From contig NC_068983.1 of NCBI RefSeq assembly GCF_001194135.2, positions 76,789,237-76,821,990 on the forward strand: a stretch of DNA of 32,754 bases. The letters run 5' to 3'. The notes below the pieces were generated by a model that worked only from the letters and a program-made list of their open reading frames with translations, was not told where the DNA came from and searched no databases. Below are positions 1 through 11,782 of the stretch, piece after piece. Made by a program: the position numbers and the translations under genes. Within the stretch, counting starts at the first letter, position 1. Every line of letters begins with the position of its first letter. The DNA is from Octopus bimaculoides. Lineage: Eukaryota.

Positions 1-50
1 TATATATATATATATATGCATATATATATACACACACACACACTATACAT
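1..50. repeat. (TA)n/(CA)n microsatellite
   Basis: Directly visible dinucleotide runs. Confidence 0.95.
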
Positions 51-51
51 A

Positions 52-350
52 TGACAGACTCCACCGTCGTTAGACAACGTATTGAGACTCGACAATTTCT
101 TACTGAGCAACCACACAAATAATTTGTTTATAAGGATCAAATGTTTGTGTATATATAAGCTCACTCCGTCCATCAAATCGACATTACCTGTACAGGTGTT
201 ACGGGTGCCACATGTCACATGACGAAATGATCGTAGAGCAATGTGCAAAGAAGTACTTTGCTCAAGAAAACAACGTAACGCCCGGTCTGGAAATCGAACA
301 CACGATCTCGCAATCGTGAGTGCAACGCTTAAACCGTGGAGGTATGCGCC
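52..350 (-). mobile_element. tRNA-derived SINE, diverged (same family as 26589-26950)
   Basis: Reverse complement of ~282-350 gives GGCGCATACCTCCACGGTTTAAGCG...GTGTTCGATTTCCAGACCGGGCG, a tRNA-like head with a B box. The tail resembles that of the 26589-26950 copy. Confidence 0.8.
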
Positions 351-411
351 TTCACACACGCACACACATAATATATATAGAGAAGGGAGATAAATAGAGA
401 GATATAGATTT

Positions 412-452
<41 letters not shown>

Positions 453-1174
453 NNNNNNNNNNNNNNNNNNNNNNNNNNNNNNNNNNNNNNNNNNNNNNNN
501 NNNNNNNNNNNNNNNNNNNNNNNNNNNNNNNNNNNNNNNNNNNNNNNNNNNNNNNNNNNNNNNNNNNNNNNNNNNNNNNNNNNNNNNNNNNNNNNNNNNN
601 NNNNNNNNNNNNNNNNNNNNNNNNNNNNNNNNNNNNNNNNNNNNNNNNNNNNNNNNNNNNNNNNNNNNNNNNNNNNNNNNNNNNNNNNNNNNNNNNNNNN
701 NNNNNNNNNNNNNNNNNNNNNNNNNNNNNNNNNNNNNNNNNNNNNNNNNNNNNNNNNNNNNNNNNNNNNNNNNNNNNNNNNNNNNNNNNNNNNNNNNNNN
801 NNNNNNNNNNNNNNNNNNNNNNNNNNNNNNNNNNNNNNNNNNNNNNNNNNNNNNNNNNNNNNNNNNNNNNNNNNNNNNNNNNNNNNNNNNNNNNNNNNNN
901 NNNNNNNNNNNNNNNNNNNNNNNNNNNNNNNNNNNNNNNNNNNNNNNNNNNNNNNNNNNNNNNNNNNNNNNNNNNNNNNNNNNNNNNNNNNNNNNNNNNN
1001 NNNNNNNNNNNNNNNNNNNNNNNNNNNNNNNNNNNNNNNNNNNNNNNNNNNNNNNNNNNNNNNNNNNNNNNNNNNNNNNNNNNNNNNNNNNNNNNNNNNN
1101 NNNNNNNNNNNNNNNNNNNNNNNNNNNNNNNNNNNNNNNNNNNNNNNNNNNNNNNNNNNNNNNNNNNNNNNNNN
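453..1174. other. assembly gap (N run) flanked by (TA)n/(TG)n
   Basis: Run of N; ORF 352..1239 is an artefact of it. Confidence 0.99.
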
Positions 1175-1214
<40 letters not shown>

Positions 1215-2918
1215 ATGTGTGTGTACTTGTATTATTCAAAGCACTATTTGAGGTACCTTAGACTTCAACATCAAAAGCTACAGTTTAGAAGTGTATATAG
1301 GTCACAGTTATTTCATTAAGTGGCAGGATATAAACGTATGTATCTCGCTCAGAGCAAGAGAATCTGATTTGGAGCCTCTGTTCATTCTGAAGAAACCATT
1401 ACACGTAGTAAGCATTTTTTATTAAATAGATCTAATTGAATTCAAAATTCAAAATACATGAATGTTATGTACAGATACTGTTAAGTACAGTTCATTAGTT
1501 GTGTCAAAGACAGAACTTAATATCTGCCTTTTGGAATGATGTTCGCAGTCAGAATGCCCGTAGCTTGGAATCTAATCATGTTAATGACCTACGATATAGG
1601 CATATCATTTAAGTTTTATCAATAATCTACAAAGGCAAAATAAACAAAATGCTAGAGATTATTCACTAATGATGTGCAAGAAAATAAAACACCTTCTCCA
1701 ACCTAGAGGCAGAATATTGAAGGCTAAATTTCGTATATCGATTCATCATATCTATAGTTTGTAACATCCATGAACATTCTGTTAAGTATCCTACATAGTC
1801 GAAATTAACTTGCGATGCATGTTTTTTTCCTATTTATCAATAATATTATCTGCGGCAATGTAAATTTATCACATCATCCCCTGCGATTACTGCACATTAT
1901 CTATTAACACTGAACTGAGAAGAAATGGCTGCAGAGTATTGATGCCTTCTGATGTAACATACAGAATGTAAAAAAAAAAAAAAATGTTGACATGCGGTTT
2001 CTTCGACAATGGTTAGGAAACGGGATCGGGAAACCACACATTATCATTTTACTTATATAGGCAGCGATCATAATTTACAATTATTCGTTTTCAGACCAGA
2101 TTCTAACCCGAATGCTTGCAAAATATTGGTTGCTTCTGCTATGGGAATGTTAATATGATAATTTCAATTAGAGATTCGGATTAAAACCGCTGTGCTCTAA
2201 GCAATTTACTTTAGATATTGATTTCTAAATTACAAACAAGTTCGTACATTAGTTGATATTTCAGTAGCCTAAAAGTTTGGAGTACACTTTTTGCTAACAT
2301 GTTTTTGAAGTTTATCTTAAAAAGCTTATCATCCTACATATTTTGATAAAGATTCACACAATCGCCCTATTTCCAATATGAGAATATATTTTGAAATATT
2401 TTGCTAAAGTGTTTCTCAACAGAACATTTATTATTGTAGAATAGGTCCTTCTCTGGCTTATTATAAGGGATGAACCTAGCTATGGTAAGGTCTAATATAA
2501 TATTCAAATTTATTTCTTGTAAGTTTAAATTCCATCCTTATATTAATTTGATGGTTATACAAACTTATAGCTACGAGACTAGTTTTAGTCTAGTGAATAT
2601 AAATGAATTCTATAAATATCATCTTAAAGAAATAGATATCAATGATTAAATATATCATTGCTAAAGTTGTCAGACGCAAGTGGGGTAATAAATACTTAAT
2701 TTTTTGTACTTCCCTAATGTGTACTATACTCTAATGTATGATTTTAATATTGAAAACAGGCATTTGAACAGTTTTGTTTTTATTTTAAACCAAATGATGC
2801 CAATCCAAGTCATAACATCACGATGCAAAGAAAAAATAAAATAAAAGAAAAAGCGGTTACGCAACAGAATCTGGAGGGGAGGGACAATGAGCCACCCATC
2901 CCAGAACAAATGCTGTGA

Positions 2919-3815
2919 TCAGCCGTAAATTGCAGTCGTGATGGAAATGACATTGCCGCGGAGAATGGCCAGCGACACTAGCTGCAACAGTGGCTCTACC
3001 TCCCGGTAACTATTTCTTAGACGGGTCACCATTATCCCGATTTTTCCGGAGGAAATCGGTAGTTCGGCTTCCAAGAACATCTGTAGTTTTCGACGGCGAC
3101 CGACACAAACCGATAACGATTATTAAGGGCTCTGTATCTCTTTATGTTTCTCTTTTCAGCGTTATGGGTAGGGGGTTGGAAACAGGAGAACGTGTCGCTG
3201 GAACACCGCATCCAAAATTTCCTTGGGGCGCTTATTATCCGCGCGGTCAAAATCTACTGGCTCCGGTTGAAACCAAAAGCTAGCCTAGTCAAGGCCTCTT
3301 CCACTTATGTCATCCAGAGAGGTGTGTGAGGATAATTGGTTCACGGTAAAGCCGCAGGTTAATGGATACAAGCCGAATTAATCGAATGACGCTCTACAAC
3401 TTTATTTGCGCGCACACACACGTGGAGAACGAAGCTTTGGGCCACTCCAATACGACTGTATTCATCATCTACAATGGTTCCAGTAAATGAGGAGGGCATT
3501 GAATTAAACCATGTGCCGATAGTTGGCTATGAAGGAGAACCAAGGCAGGAAAGGTCTAATGATTTCTGAATCGGTTTGAGTGCAGACGTGCATCTGATGT
3601 CATTCCAGTTACATTGGACGTCCACATTCTGGGGCATAGTAAGGCTTTCAGCGGTCCAGTCGACTAGGGCTGACTCCAGTTCCTAGGCTACATTTCTTTC
3701 GACCATCTCATGGCGTATCTCGCCGATGATGTTGCAGGTGGAGGAGACCAAAGGAAAATAGGCCGGCAGAGCCAGGTCCAATGAGGAACGGAGACCAAGG
3801 CCACCGAATATAATG
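2919..3815 (-). mobile_element. 5'-truncated, decayed CRE-clade non-LTR retrotransposon (post-RT region, zinc knuckle, restriction-like endonuclease)
   Basis: Manual minus-strand translation across stops and frameshifts: GGLGLRSSLDLALPAYF ... GTWFNSMPSSFTGTIVDDEYSRIGVAQ ... CRASFD*FGLYPLTC ... EPVDFDRADNKRP ... AEKRNIKRYRALNNRYRFVSVAVE ... LVSLAILRGNVISI..*. Motif order matches the CRE C-terminus (GGLG, WL.A.P, CxC..H..C, EP..L.R.D.KRPDG, KY, F.P.AVE, RGNA). Confidence 0.85.
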
Positions 3816-4699
3816 AGCAATTTATCTAATTTATATAATTGTTAGTACCTATCAAATTGATTATAGTTCTTTCAAGTTTCCTATCACTCATGGATGTTCA
3901 TTGCTGGCTTACATCTTGATTCAGTCTAAACCAATATTTTGTTTGATTTCAGGAGTTGCATCAATAATCGATTTTCTACCAGGTTTTCGACGATATTAAA
4001 AAGACTGATGTAACAACTCACTTCGTTTTGGAAATATAGCGAGCAAAATTTACAGCTGCTTCTTTACATTGACTTCAGAGAATGATATGAGCGACTTAAT
4101 CAAAAGCGTAACTGTCACAATCTTTACAAACTATGAACAAATATCGGGTTTCAAGCTTATCATGTAGTATATGGCATTTTATAATAATCCTCTTCGCATG
4201 GCATGTGTGTGTAGAAATGTATAGAAATCATACGAGTGCATATTTGTAATAACTGCTAATATATCTGATTTGGAATTTACTTAAAGCCAAACATTCTGTT
4301 CACTCATGTTTTAAAATAAGTATGCTAATATTTTTAGTGTTACGATACGTTTAGTGGGCCCTTTCGCCGTATACATAAGTAATATTTTGGAAAAATCGTT
4401 CAAATGGCTGGATATGTCTCCTTCATGAATACCTCATATAAGCGAAAACATATGCTCCAAAGTATTTTTAAAACGATTTTTTTCCTGCTACAAATCTTTT
4501 CACGAACTCTCTCTCCCCCGTTCATACGTTATGTGTGTTTACCTAAGTTTACATATGAGAATGTGTGTGTGGTTGTGCATATGAAGGTATATGATTTCAC
4601 CCATTTTAATCTATACCACAACACAACCTATACTTATAAAGCCACTGGATAGAAAAAAAAACTGCCAACCTTTCCAATTCCAAAGAAGGAACAATGGAA

Positions 4700-4845
4700 T
4701 TGGCCGATGCATGGATATTTTATCGCATCCGTAGTGACGAAAAGCAACGTCAACCTCAGTAAAATTTGAACTCAGTATGTAAAGGCTGACGAAATGCCGC
4801 TTATCATTTTGCTTGGCGTGATAACAATTCTGCCAGTTCGCCGCT
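4700..4845 (-). mobile_element. SINE fragment (family starting GGCGGYGAGCTGGCAGAA)
   Basis: Reverse complement GCGGCGAACTGGCAGAATTGTTATCACGCCAAGCAAAATG...CTGAGTTCAAATTTTACTGAGG resembles the + strand copy at 28416-28612. Confidence 0.75.
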
Positions 4846-6179
4846 TTATTCCAACTGAATAACTCCTGTTAATATTATTCTACCAAAATTCACTTTTTTT
4901 TATTGAAACATTTCGTCATTTTAAAATTGTGTACGTTTGTAATATTTTGTTTATATCATTTATTGATGAGCTAATTATTAATTGATGTTTGAATGCTCAT
5001 GCATGTTATTCAGTAACTATTTCCACCTGTTTGTATCTATGTAGTTAATGGTTCCTTATTCAGTTCGTAAACACGATAACTTTCTGGTTGTTTGAGAGAG
5101 TGTGAATTACGTACTGATTGTGTTTATAATGTTTGAGGTGTTTTTGGTAGAAATAATTACGATGTAATTTCGTATATTTGTATGGCTCAAAAGCTCCCGG
5201 TTTTTTCCAGTTTTGTCAGCAATAGGAATGTGCCTCTAATCATGAATTCTATTGCTAGCAGCTTCGTTGCCCACCACAATTGTGTCCTCTTCTTTAAGGT
5301 CAAGGAATGCTACCATATATCCGATGTGCAACTAAAGTGGTATATATAACTGTCTCAATGTCGAGTGTATATATTCAGGACTTACTGCATGTATTATTTT
5401 ATTATTTCGAAGGTTCGCAATATTATATAGAGGCGGATACTAGTCGTAATCAATCGCTAAATTTTGGGCCAGGGCATATTGCAAATTTATGAATAGAATC
5501 AGTTTCAAACACTCGAGCCTCTTATAAGATATACGAATAACATTATTACCTTCTTTCATATGATTAAAAGGCCATGGAAACGTAATGCAAGACGTCATTA
5601 TTCCAATTATATCATGTAGAGAGGCTCTTCCGTGGATAGACAGATTTTATGATGCAGTTTTCTGTACACTAATCTCGTCGTAATTTTTTAAAATTTGAGT
5701 AGAATTAATCAATTAAAATACAAGAATCCGTTATATATTTGTAATTAAGATGGGTTTATAGCATGGCACAAACTTTCGAAATGTGCAGTTTTCTTGGTGC
5801 CATGTTTCCCCACTAGAATTTTATCACGGGTCATTTGTAAGTAGGAACAATTTCTTGAGTAAGCTGCATTGATTAATGCAAATTTAAAACACACATCGCT
5901 CCTATCATATCCTATAATAAATTACTCGTAAAATAAGAAGATAATATTATGATCAATACATTTATGAACAAAATGTTAAAATCATTATTTATTTGCTATG
6001 TCTACAGGGTATTCTTTCTGGTATCACGATGTCTATCATTTGCTGTCGCCATTCCATTCTATAATATATCTAAAAATTACGATAGTAATGGACATAATAA
6101 AATTCCATAATAATAACAACAAGAATAAAAATAATAATTTCAAATTTTTGCACATGACATGCGTTGAGTTGGAGATTAT

Positions 6180-6353
6180 TCGATTATGTTCATCCCAATC
6201 CGTGGATCTTTTTTACTTTTGTTGATCCAAACGGCTAAAAAAAATTACAGAAATCGGCATTGGCAGAATCTGAACTCGTAACGATAAGAGCAGGAACAAA
6301 TTCCACAAATCTTTTCCTCAGACACGGGAAAGTTTTGCTAGCTCACCTCCTCC
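6180..6353 (-). mobile_element. highly diverged SINE fragment (same family as 4700-4845)
   Basis: Reverse complement GGAGGAGGTGAGCTAGCAAAAC...GAGTTCAGATTCTGCC keeps the head and B-box-like motif. Confidence 0.5.

Positions 6354-6440
<87 letters not shown>
6354..6440. repeat. (AAT)n microsatellite, about 29 units
   Basis: Perfect trinucleotide run; causes the poly-N ORF 6260..6448. Confidence 0.97.
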
Positions 6441-8708
6441 GAAAGTGAAACTAAAAGAAGGGGTTATAGAAAACGAATGTTATCACTTTGGGTAGAAAAG
6501 GGTATGTTTAAAGTGACTGATCAGAGATTAGTTGGTCAAGCTAATGCTATTAGAAGAAAGTGGATGACAGAATTGGAGGTATAAGAGATCCAAAAAGAAA
6601 TGGAAATAAAAGTTCAGGCAGTAGGAAAGACAAACACCATCATAAGAGATACAGCTAAAAACCAAACAAAAAAACTAAACTAAAAATTAATAGCGTTACC
6701 AATAAGGAAGGGAGAACTAGCGCCTGTGGCTTAGGTAATTTAAGTGACGAATATGGCAAGATTTTAAATGAGTTGTAGGAAGTAATGAATAAATATGTAA
6801 GAAAAAGATTGCCAACATTAACAAGTACCAACAGAAGGAAGCTGCTAGAAAAGGCACCAGCAGAAGGAAGCTGATAAGAAAGTATATTCTGTTATCGGTA
6901 GGACAAATACAAAAGATATAGGAGACACTAATTTAATGATCTATGCAAGAGGAGTAGTAGTCACCAGAAGATTGGATATCTCACAGGGAAAGATTAGAAC
7001 AGAACAAACGTGGAAAAGGAGACCACAAAATACACTGAAGACTTTAAGACAAGATCTTAGCCAAATAGAAGCTTAGAAACTGAAGACGTAAAGAAACACA
7101 AGATGCAAATCTTCCCTCGGGAAAAGATACTTTATCATAGAGAAAGGAATTGGAATAGTAATAGAAGAGTTGAAACAGCGTATCATAGCAATAGCAGGCA
7201 AGATCTCCAGATATCAGAAAAGAATAGATCAATATCAACAGAATAGATTATTTCAGACATACAAGAGGAGATTTTATAACCAAATAAATAGTGGTGAACG
7301 AAGTATTGAAAATAAGAAACCTAATGCAGAAGAAGCTAGAAAGGTCTGGAGGAATATTTGGGATAAGCCAGTCAGTCATAATGGAGATGATGTATGGTTA
7401 AAACAGTGAGGGTAAAAGTAGTGAGTGAGAAACAGTCAAATCTAAGATTAACTATAGCAATAATGAGTAATGTGTTAGGCAAAATGCTAAATTGGAAGAG
7501 CCCAGGACCAGACTTAATTTACGGGTACTACCTAAAGACATTTAGTAGTTACATGGAAGAATAGTGCCAGATTAGATAACTAAAGGGAGGACAATATTCA
7601 TCATGAGAGATGAGAGAAAGGGTAATACAGACAGCAAGTACAAACCAATCACTTGCTGACCATTAATGTGAAAGCTGTTGACAGGAACGCTTTCACAAAG
7701 CATTTACAAGCATCTCGACAACCAGAATTTACAGCCAGAAAAAACTTGCTAGAAAAAGACTAAAGGAAAGCACGGTCTATTATACATAGACAAAGCAGTT
7801 CTAAATGAAGTAAAAGCTAGAAAGAAAAATCTAACAATAGCATGGATAGATTAAATGAAAACCTTATGACATGATCCCACACTCATGGATAAATGGAAGT
7901 TTCAGTTTATTCACTATAGAAGACAACTTAACAACATGAGAGAATCAATTAAATTAAGGAAGGCAAACGCAGGATATCAGTTGTGAAAAAATATGGGGAA
8001 AATTAACCATTTCCTCTACATTGATGATCTGAAGCTTTTTACTAAGAATGAAAAAGAGACAGATTCCTTAATACAGATCGTAAGATTCTTCAGCAAATAT
8101 ACAGCCATGGCATTTGTCATAGATAAGTGTCTAATATTAGTCATGAGAAGGGAACAGTTGGTCAACAGGGAAGACATCCAATTACGAGATGGGCAGACGT
8201 TAAAATTATTGAAAGGAGGAGAGAGTTATAAATATTTAGGAGTATTAGAATCTGACAGGGTACTAACCACAAAACTGAAAACGAATATTGAGAAAGAGTA
8301 CATGAGACGAGTGGAAGCTAATGAAGTCAAACCTAATTTGTTCGAATCTAGTGAAAGATGTAAATAATTGGGCTGTATCAGTACTTACGTACTAAGCAGC
8401 TTCTGTAGATTGGACAAAAACTGAATTAGTAAAGCTAGACAGAAGAAGTAGGAAGGAATTCAATATGAATGTAGGGCTCCACCCAAATTCAGAATTAGCA
8501 AGATTATACCAACCGTAAACCGAAGGCCGAAGAGGTTTAATATCAGTAGTAGACTGCTTGGAATCAGCTAGAGTAAATATAGTTACCGACAGTAATCGGT
8601 GCACTTGGAAGTATCATCACTCAACTACCAATATGGCTCAAAAAGATTTATACAAATGTAAAGATAGAACACTTAAAAAATCAGCATTGTAGCAAGATTA
8701 TACCAACC
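6441..8708 (+). mobile_element. R4/Dong-clade non-LTR retrotransposon, decayed, internally deleted and 3'-truncated (N-terminal domain plus RT)
   Basis: Translations: RRGYRKRMLSLWVEKGMFKVTDQRLVGQANAIRRKWMTELE; LKQRIIAIAGKISRYQKRIDQYQQNRLFQT..RRFY; WRNIWDKPVSHN; NWKSPGPD; KARKKNLTIAWID; YDMIPHSWI; INHFLYIDDLKLF (YxDD); YKYLGVLE; INNWAVSVLTY; DWTKTELVKLDRRSRK..MNVGLHPNSELARLY. Many stops and frameshifts. Confidence 0.88.
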
Positions 8709-8730
8709 TAATAATAATAATAATAATAAT
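8709..8730. repeat. short (TAA)n tract at the 3' junction of the R4/Dong element
   Basis: TAATAATAATAATAATAATAAT visible. Confidence 0.9.
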
Positions 8731-8897
8731 CACCTAATATACGCTGCATCAGTAAAAGAATAATAAGAAGACATATCATTACCTGCAATTCGCTGCAACA
8801 ACAGTAAACAAAGCAGGAATAAATATATTAATAATAAAGAAAAAGAAAGCAAAGTGTTTGCAACAGTTTGTTATTTTTGTAATTTTCTTTTTAACAG

Positions 8898-8950
8898 AAA
8901 TATGTTTGTAGAGGAAGCGAAACATGAGCAAGATCAGGAAATCTTACAAT
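8898..8950 (+). CDS. candidate internal exon of an unidentified host gene (NMFVEEAKHEQDQEILQ)
   Basis: Strong acceptor TTTTCTTTTTAACAG, one open frame, donor-like GTATGA at 8951. No recognisable homology. Confidence 0.3.
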
Positions 8951-9784
8951 GTATGATTTGATTAAGTTATAATTGAAGACATAATGGCATTTCAACAGTC
9001 TGCAATGGTGCCACTTAGATCTGCTGTATTTCCAATGGGAAAATAAAACCCTACAAAATAATTTTAAATACAAGTTTTAACATGTTTAAGATAATTTTCT
9101 TTATATATTTTATTTTACTCTACTTTTAGTAAAATATTAAAGAACAAGTATAAAACGAAATATTTTATTAAGTGCAATTTATGTTTTGTGAATATTTTCG
9201 CATTGAATTATATATATTCTATATTGTTTTTATTAGCCATTATTTAAAAACCTAAAAGACAAATATTTGCATGTCTGTCTGTGCGTGCATACAAGAATTC
9301 AGTATTTTGACAGAAAATTAATATATTTATACATAAATGTATCTGTACACACACACATATAGTGAAGAAAATCTATATGCATATATTTCTCCAGAGTAAT
9401 CTACATAAATGTGTATGCTTATATGTATATATGTAAAATATGTGTGCGTACGCGCGCGTTGTAGCATGTAGAGATTTATACGAAATTTGTTGATGCCTAT
9501 ATTTATACAAAAAATACCGTATGAATATATTTAAGGAACTATTTGTACCTGTGCACTGATGCAAAGAATATTCTGCACAATGTGTAATATACCTAATATT
9601 ATATTGTTCTCGTTGTATTATATGATTTTTGTTTTAGCTTAATTTAAGTTATTCTGTAGAGTGTTAAAGCAGGTCGATAACAAAGTGACAAGACCTTTGA
9701 GTTAAGAGAGTTCTCGGTGTTTGTAAATACGTGGTTTAGTTGGTCCGTTGTTTGAACTTTCGATGCATACCCCAAAGGGTGAAT

Positions 9785-11000
9785 CACATAAGAATTTGAG
9801 ATGGCATGTCTTACAAATCTTTACTGTGCCTTAATAGATTAGAGTTTGAGAATCAGCGTTGGTTCCTTTTGCAATTTCCTCGTGAAACTGAGTATTTCTT
9901 GTTTTTGTACAAATTTGTTGGTACATAACTCAATACAGCTGTGATCTTGGGTACAAATAAGGATTTACAGTCAGGGTAAAAGAGCAGTCAGTTCACATTA
10001 ATTGACCTTAACTATTTTCTGTTTCCGGGATCTTGATTGTACATTCACATCCATTGGGCAGCTGACCTCAAAAATGACGTTTTTCCCTGTCCTACACAAC
10101 AATATGAGGACTGTTATTTTTGCACTGAATTGTTGTTTTTACCGAGTGTTCCACCAGCATTTCTTGTTTTCAAGAGTGTGAACTCCTACTAGTCTTGATA
10201 TGCTTTGTTCTATACGCCAGGGCAACCTTTCCTACAGATAGCATTGTAAAAAATCTATGCAATTGTATCATGTCTCAGGAGCAGGTATTGCTTCGCAGAT
10301 GTCTTGGAGAAGGTGATTATGATGTGGGTGATATCTTCCACAATGGTATGTAGAGCTAACATTGTTTATTACATCGTGTAGTCTTGGTGGTATCTTTGCT
10401 CCTCTTGTTCATCAGGTATTTAGTATCTCCTGATCCTGTATAGCGAAGTCATATGCTTATATTTGGGATGTAATGTATCTATCACAGGCCTATTAAATTC
10501 TACTCTTCCAGTCAATTCTGTTGTTATCTTGTGGTTTAAGTCATTTGCATCCATGCGTTGCTTTTAGATTTTATGATTTCTGCTTTTCCGACAAGCTTTT
10601 GTTTGGGAAGGCGAGACCAGCTTCATTTGGATTGCAAGAGAGAGAACCTACTTGTACAGTAGTTCTTCTCTAAATCTGAAGATCTTGTTGCTCTCATTAT
10701 TGAATATGCATGGAATGTACTAATTTCTTCTCTCTATCATTCACTAGGTGTTCTGTGAATGATACACTGCACGTTCAAAGGCTGCTTGGATTGACTTTAT
10801 GACTCTGCCGCTATCACCTTGTCTCACATAGATCCTAACGTTGTCGTTGTTAATGTAGAATTTGCCAGTGGAAGCGAGTACCTTTCCGGTCTTTTCCAGG
10901 TTGCGTATCTCGTCAGATGTCAAGTCTAATATTTCACAGGTACTGCAAAAGCATAGTGAGTTATAGTCTTGTTAAATGCTAACAAATTTGTGTTCTATAA
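9785..11000 (-). mobile_element. 3' half of a second R4-clade non-LTR retrotransposon (post-RT region, zinc knuckle, RLE), decayed
   Basis: Minus-strand translations: AFNKTITHYAFAVPV; LTSDEIRNLEKTGKVLASTGKFYINNDNVRIYVRQGDSGRVIKSIQAAFE; EDITHII...YLLLRHDTIA; KNNSPHIVV*DREK; FEVSCPMDVNV; FYPDCK..FVP; GTVKICKT. These fit R4-type H..C/RHD, PD, ExSCP and GTVKI motifs. Confidence 0.82.
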
Positions 11001-11772
11001 TTTCTTATTGGTTTTATTATTTTTATTATTTTGCTTGAATTTTCGTACTCTCACAAGTAATAAAGAAAATTAGATATAAATATTTTTAATTACAATTAAC
11101 TGTATCTGAATACTCTTTAGGCAAACTAACGACTCCTTTTTTTCAATACGCTAACAAACGACGTTATATATACACAACTAACGGTTTTTAAAAAATATAC
11201 TAGAATACACAAGCGCACATAAATGGATTTAAGGCTAAGTCTACGAAAGATATATCAACAATTTTGAATGTAGTTCTCTTTTCTATCAAGTTCTGAGCCT
11301 GACGAAATATTCAATTAACTATAATTCAATATGAATCGTTAATGTAAGATTTCTAATTTGAATTAATTGATTGGACGTGGATACAATTGTAGGTTCTATG
11401 AGTTTGATATTGTTAGAAATTGGATTTGTTTCAATAAATTGATGTCGATTGCAAATTTCTCCATTTCCGTATTTTGGTTAGATATAAATGGTACTATACC
11501 CATATCCATCAATGTGAAACTAACAACTTTTAATATTTCACTGACAGAGTGGATAAAACCGGGAACTTGGATGCTGACATCCCTTTAAGAGGTATTATAT
11601 AAATAAAAAAAAAATGGACCAAGAACGCGACAAAGCACGCGGACATGTAGAAGATAAAAAAAAACTTACAGGAAAAAGTAAAGACGGGTCATTCGCAGTA
11701 ATCTCTCATCCACCAAGTATCCAGAAAATCATTACAGTTTCGGCGGGTACGCTTTATGATATATATATATAT

Positions 11773-11782
11773 NNNNNNNNNN
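11773..11782. other. assembly gap (10 N)
   Basis: N run after (TA)n. Confidence 0.99.

Noticed and set aside
352-1239. Long ORFs crossing N runs (also 12901-13375 and 23824-24691)
   Set aside because: Open only because N codons are not stops. The real parts are microsatellite translations, except the RTE segment at the end of 23824..24672.
2090-2160. CKILVASAMGM resembling a helicase ILVAT..GMG motif
   Set aside because: Too short, wrong spacing, stop follows immediately, no other helicase motifs.
2990-3329. + strand ORFs 2990..3283 and 3144..3329 as host exons (good acceptor at 3159)
   Set aside because: They are the antisense of the CRE endonuclease region.
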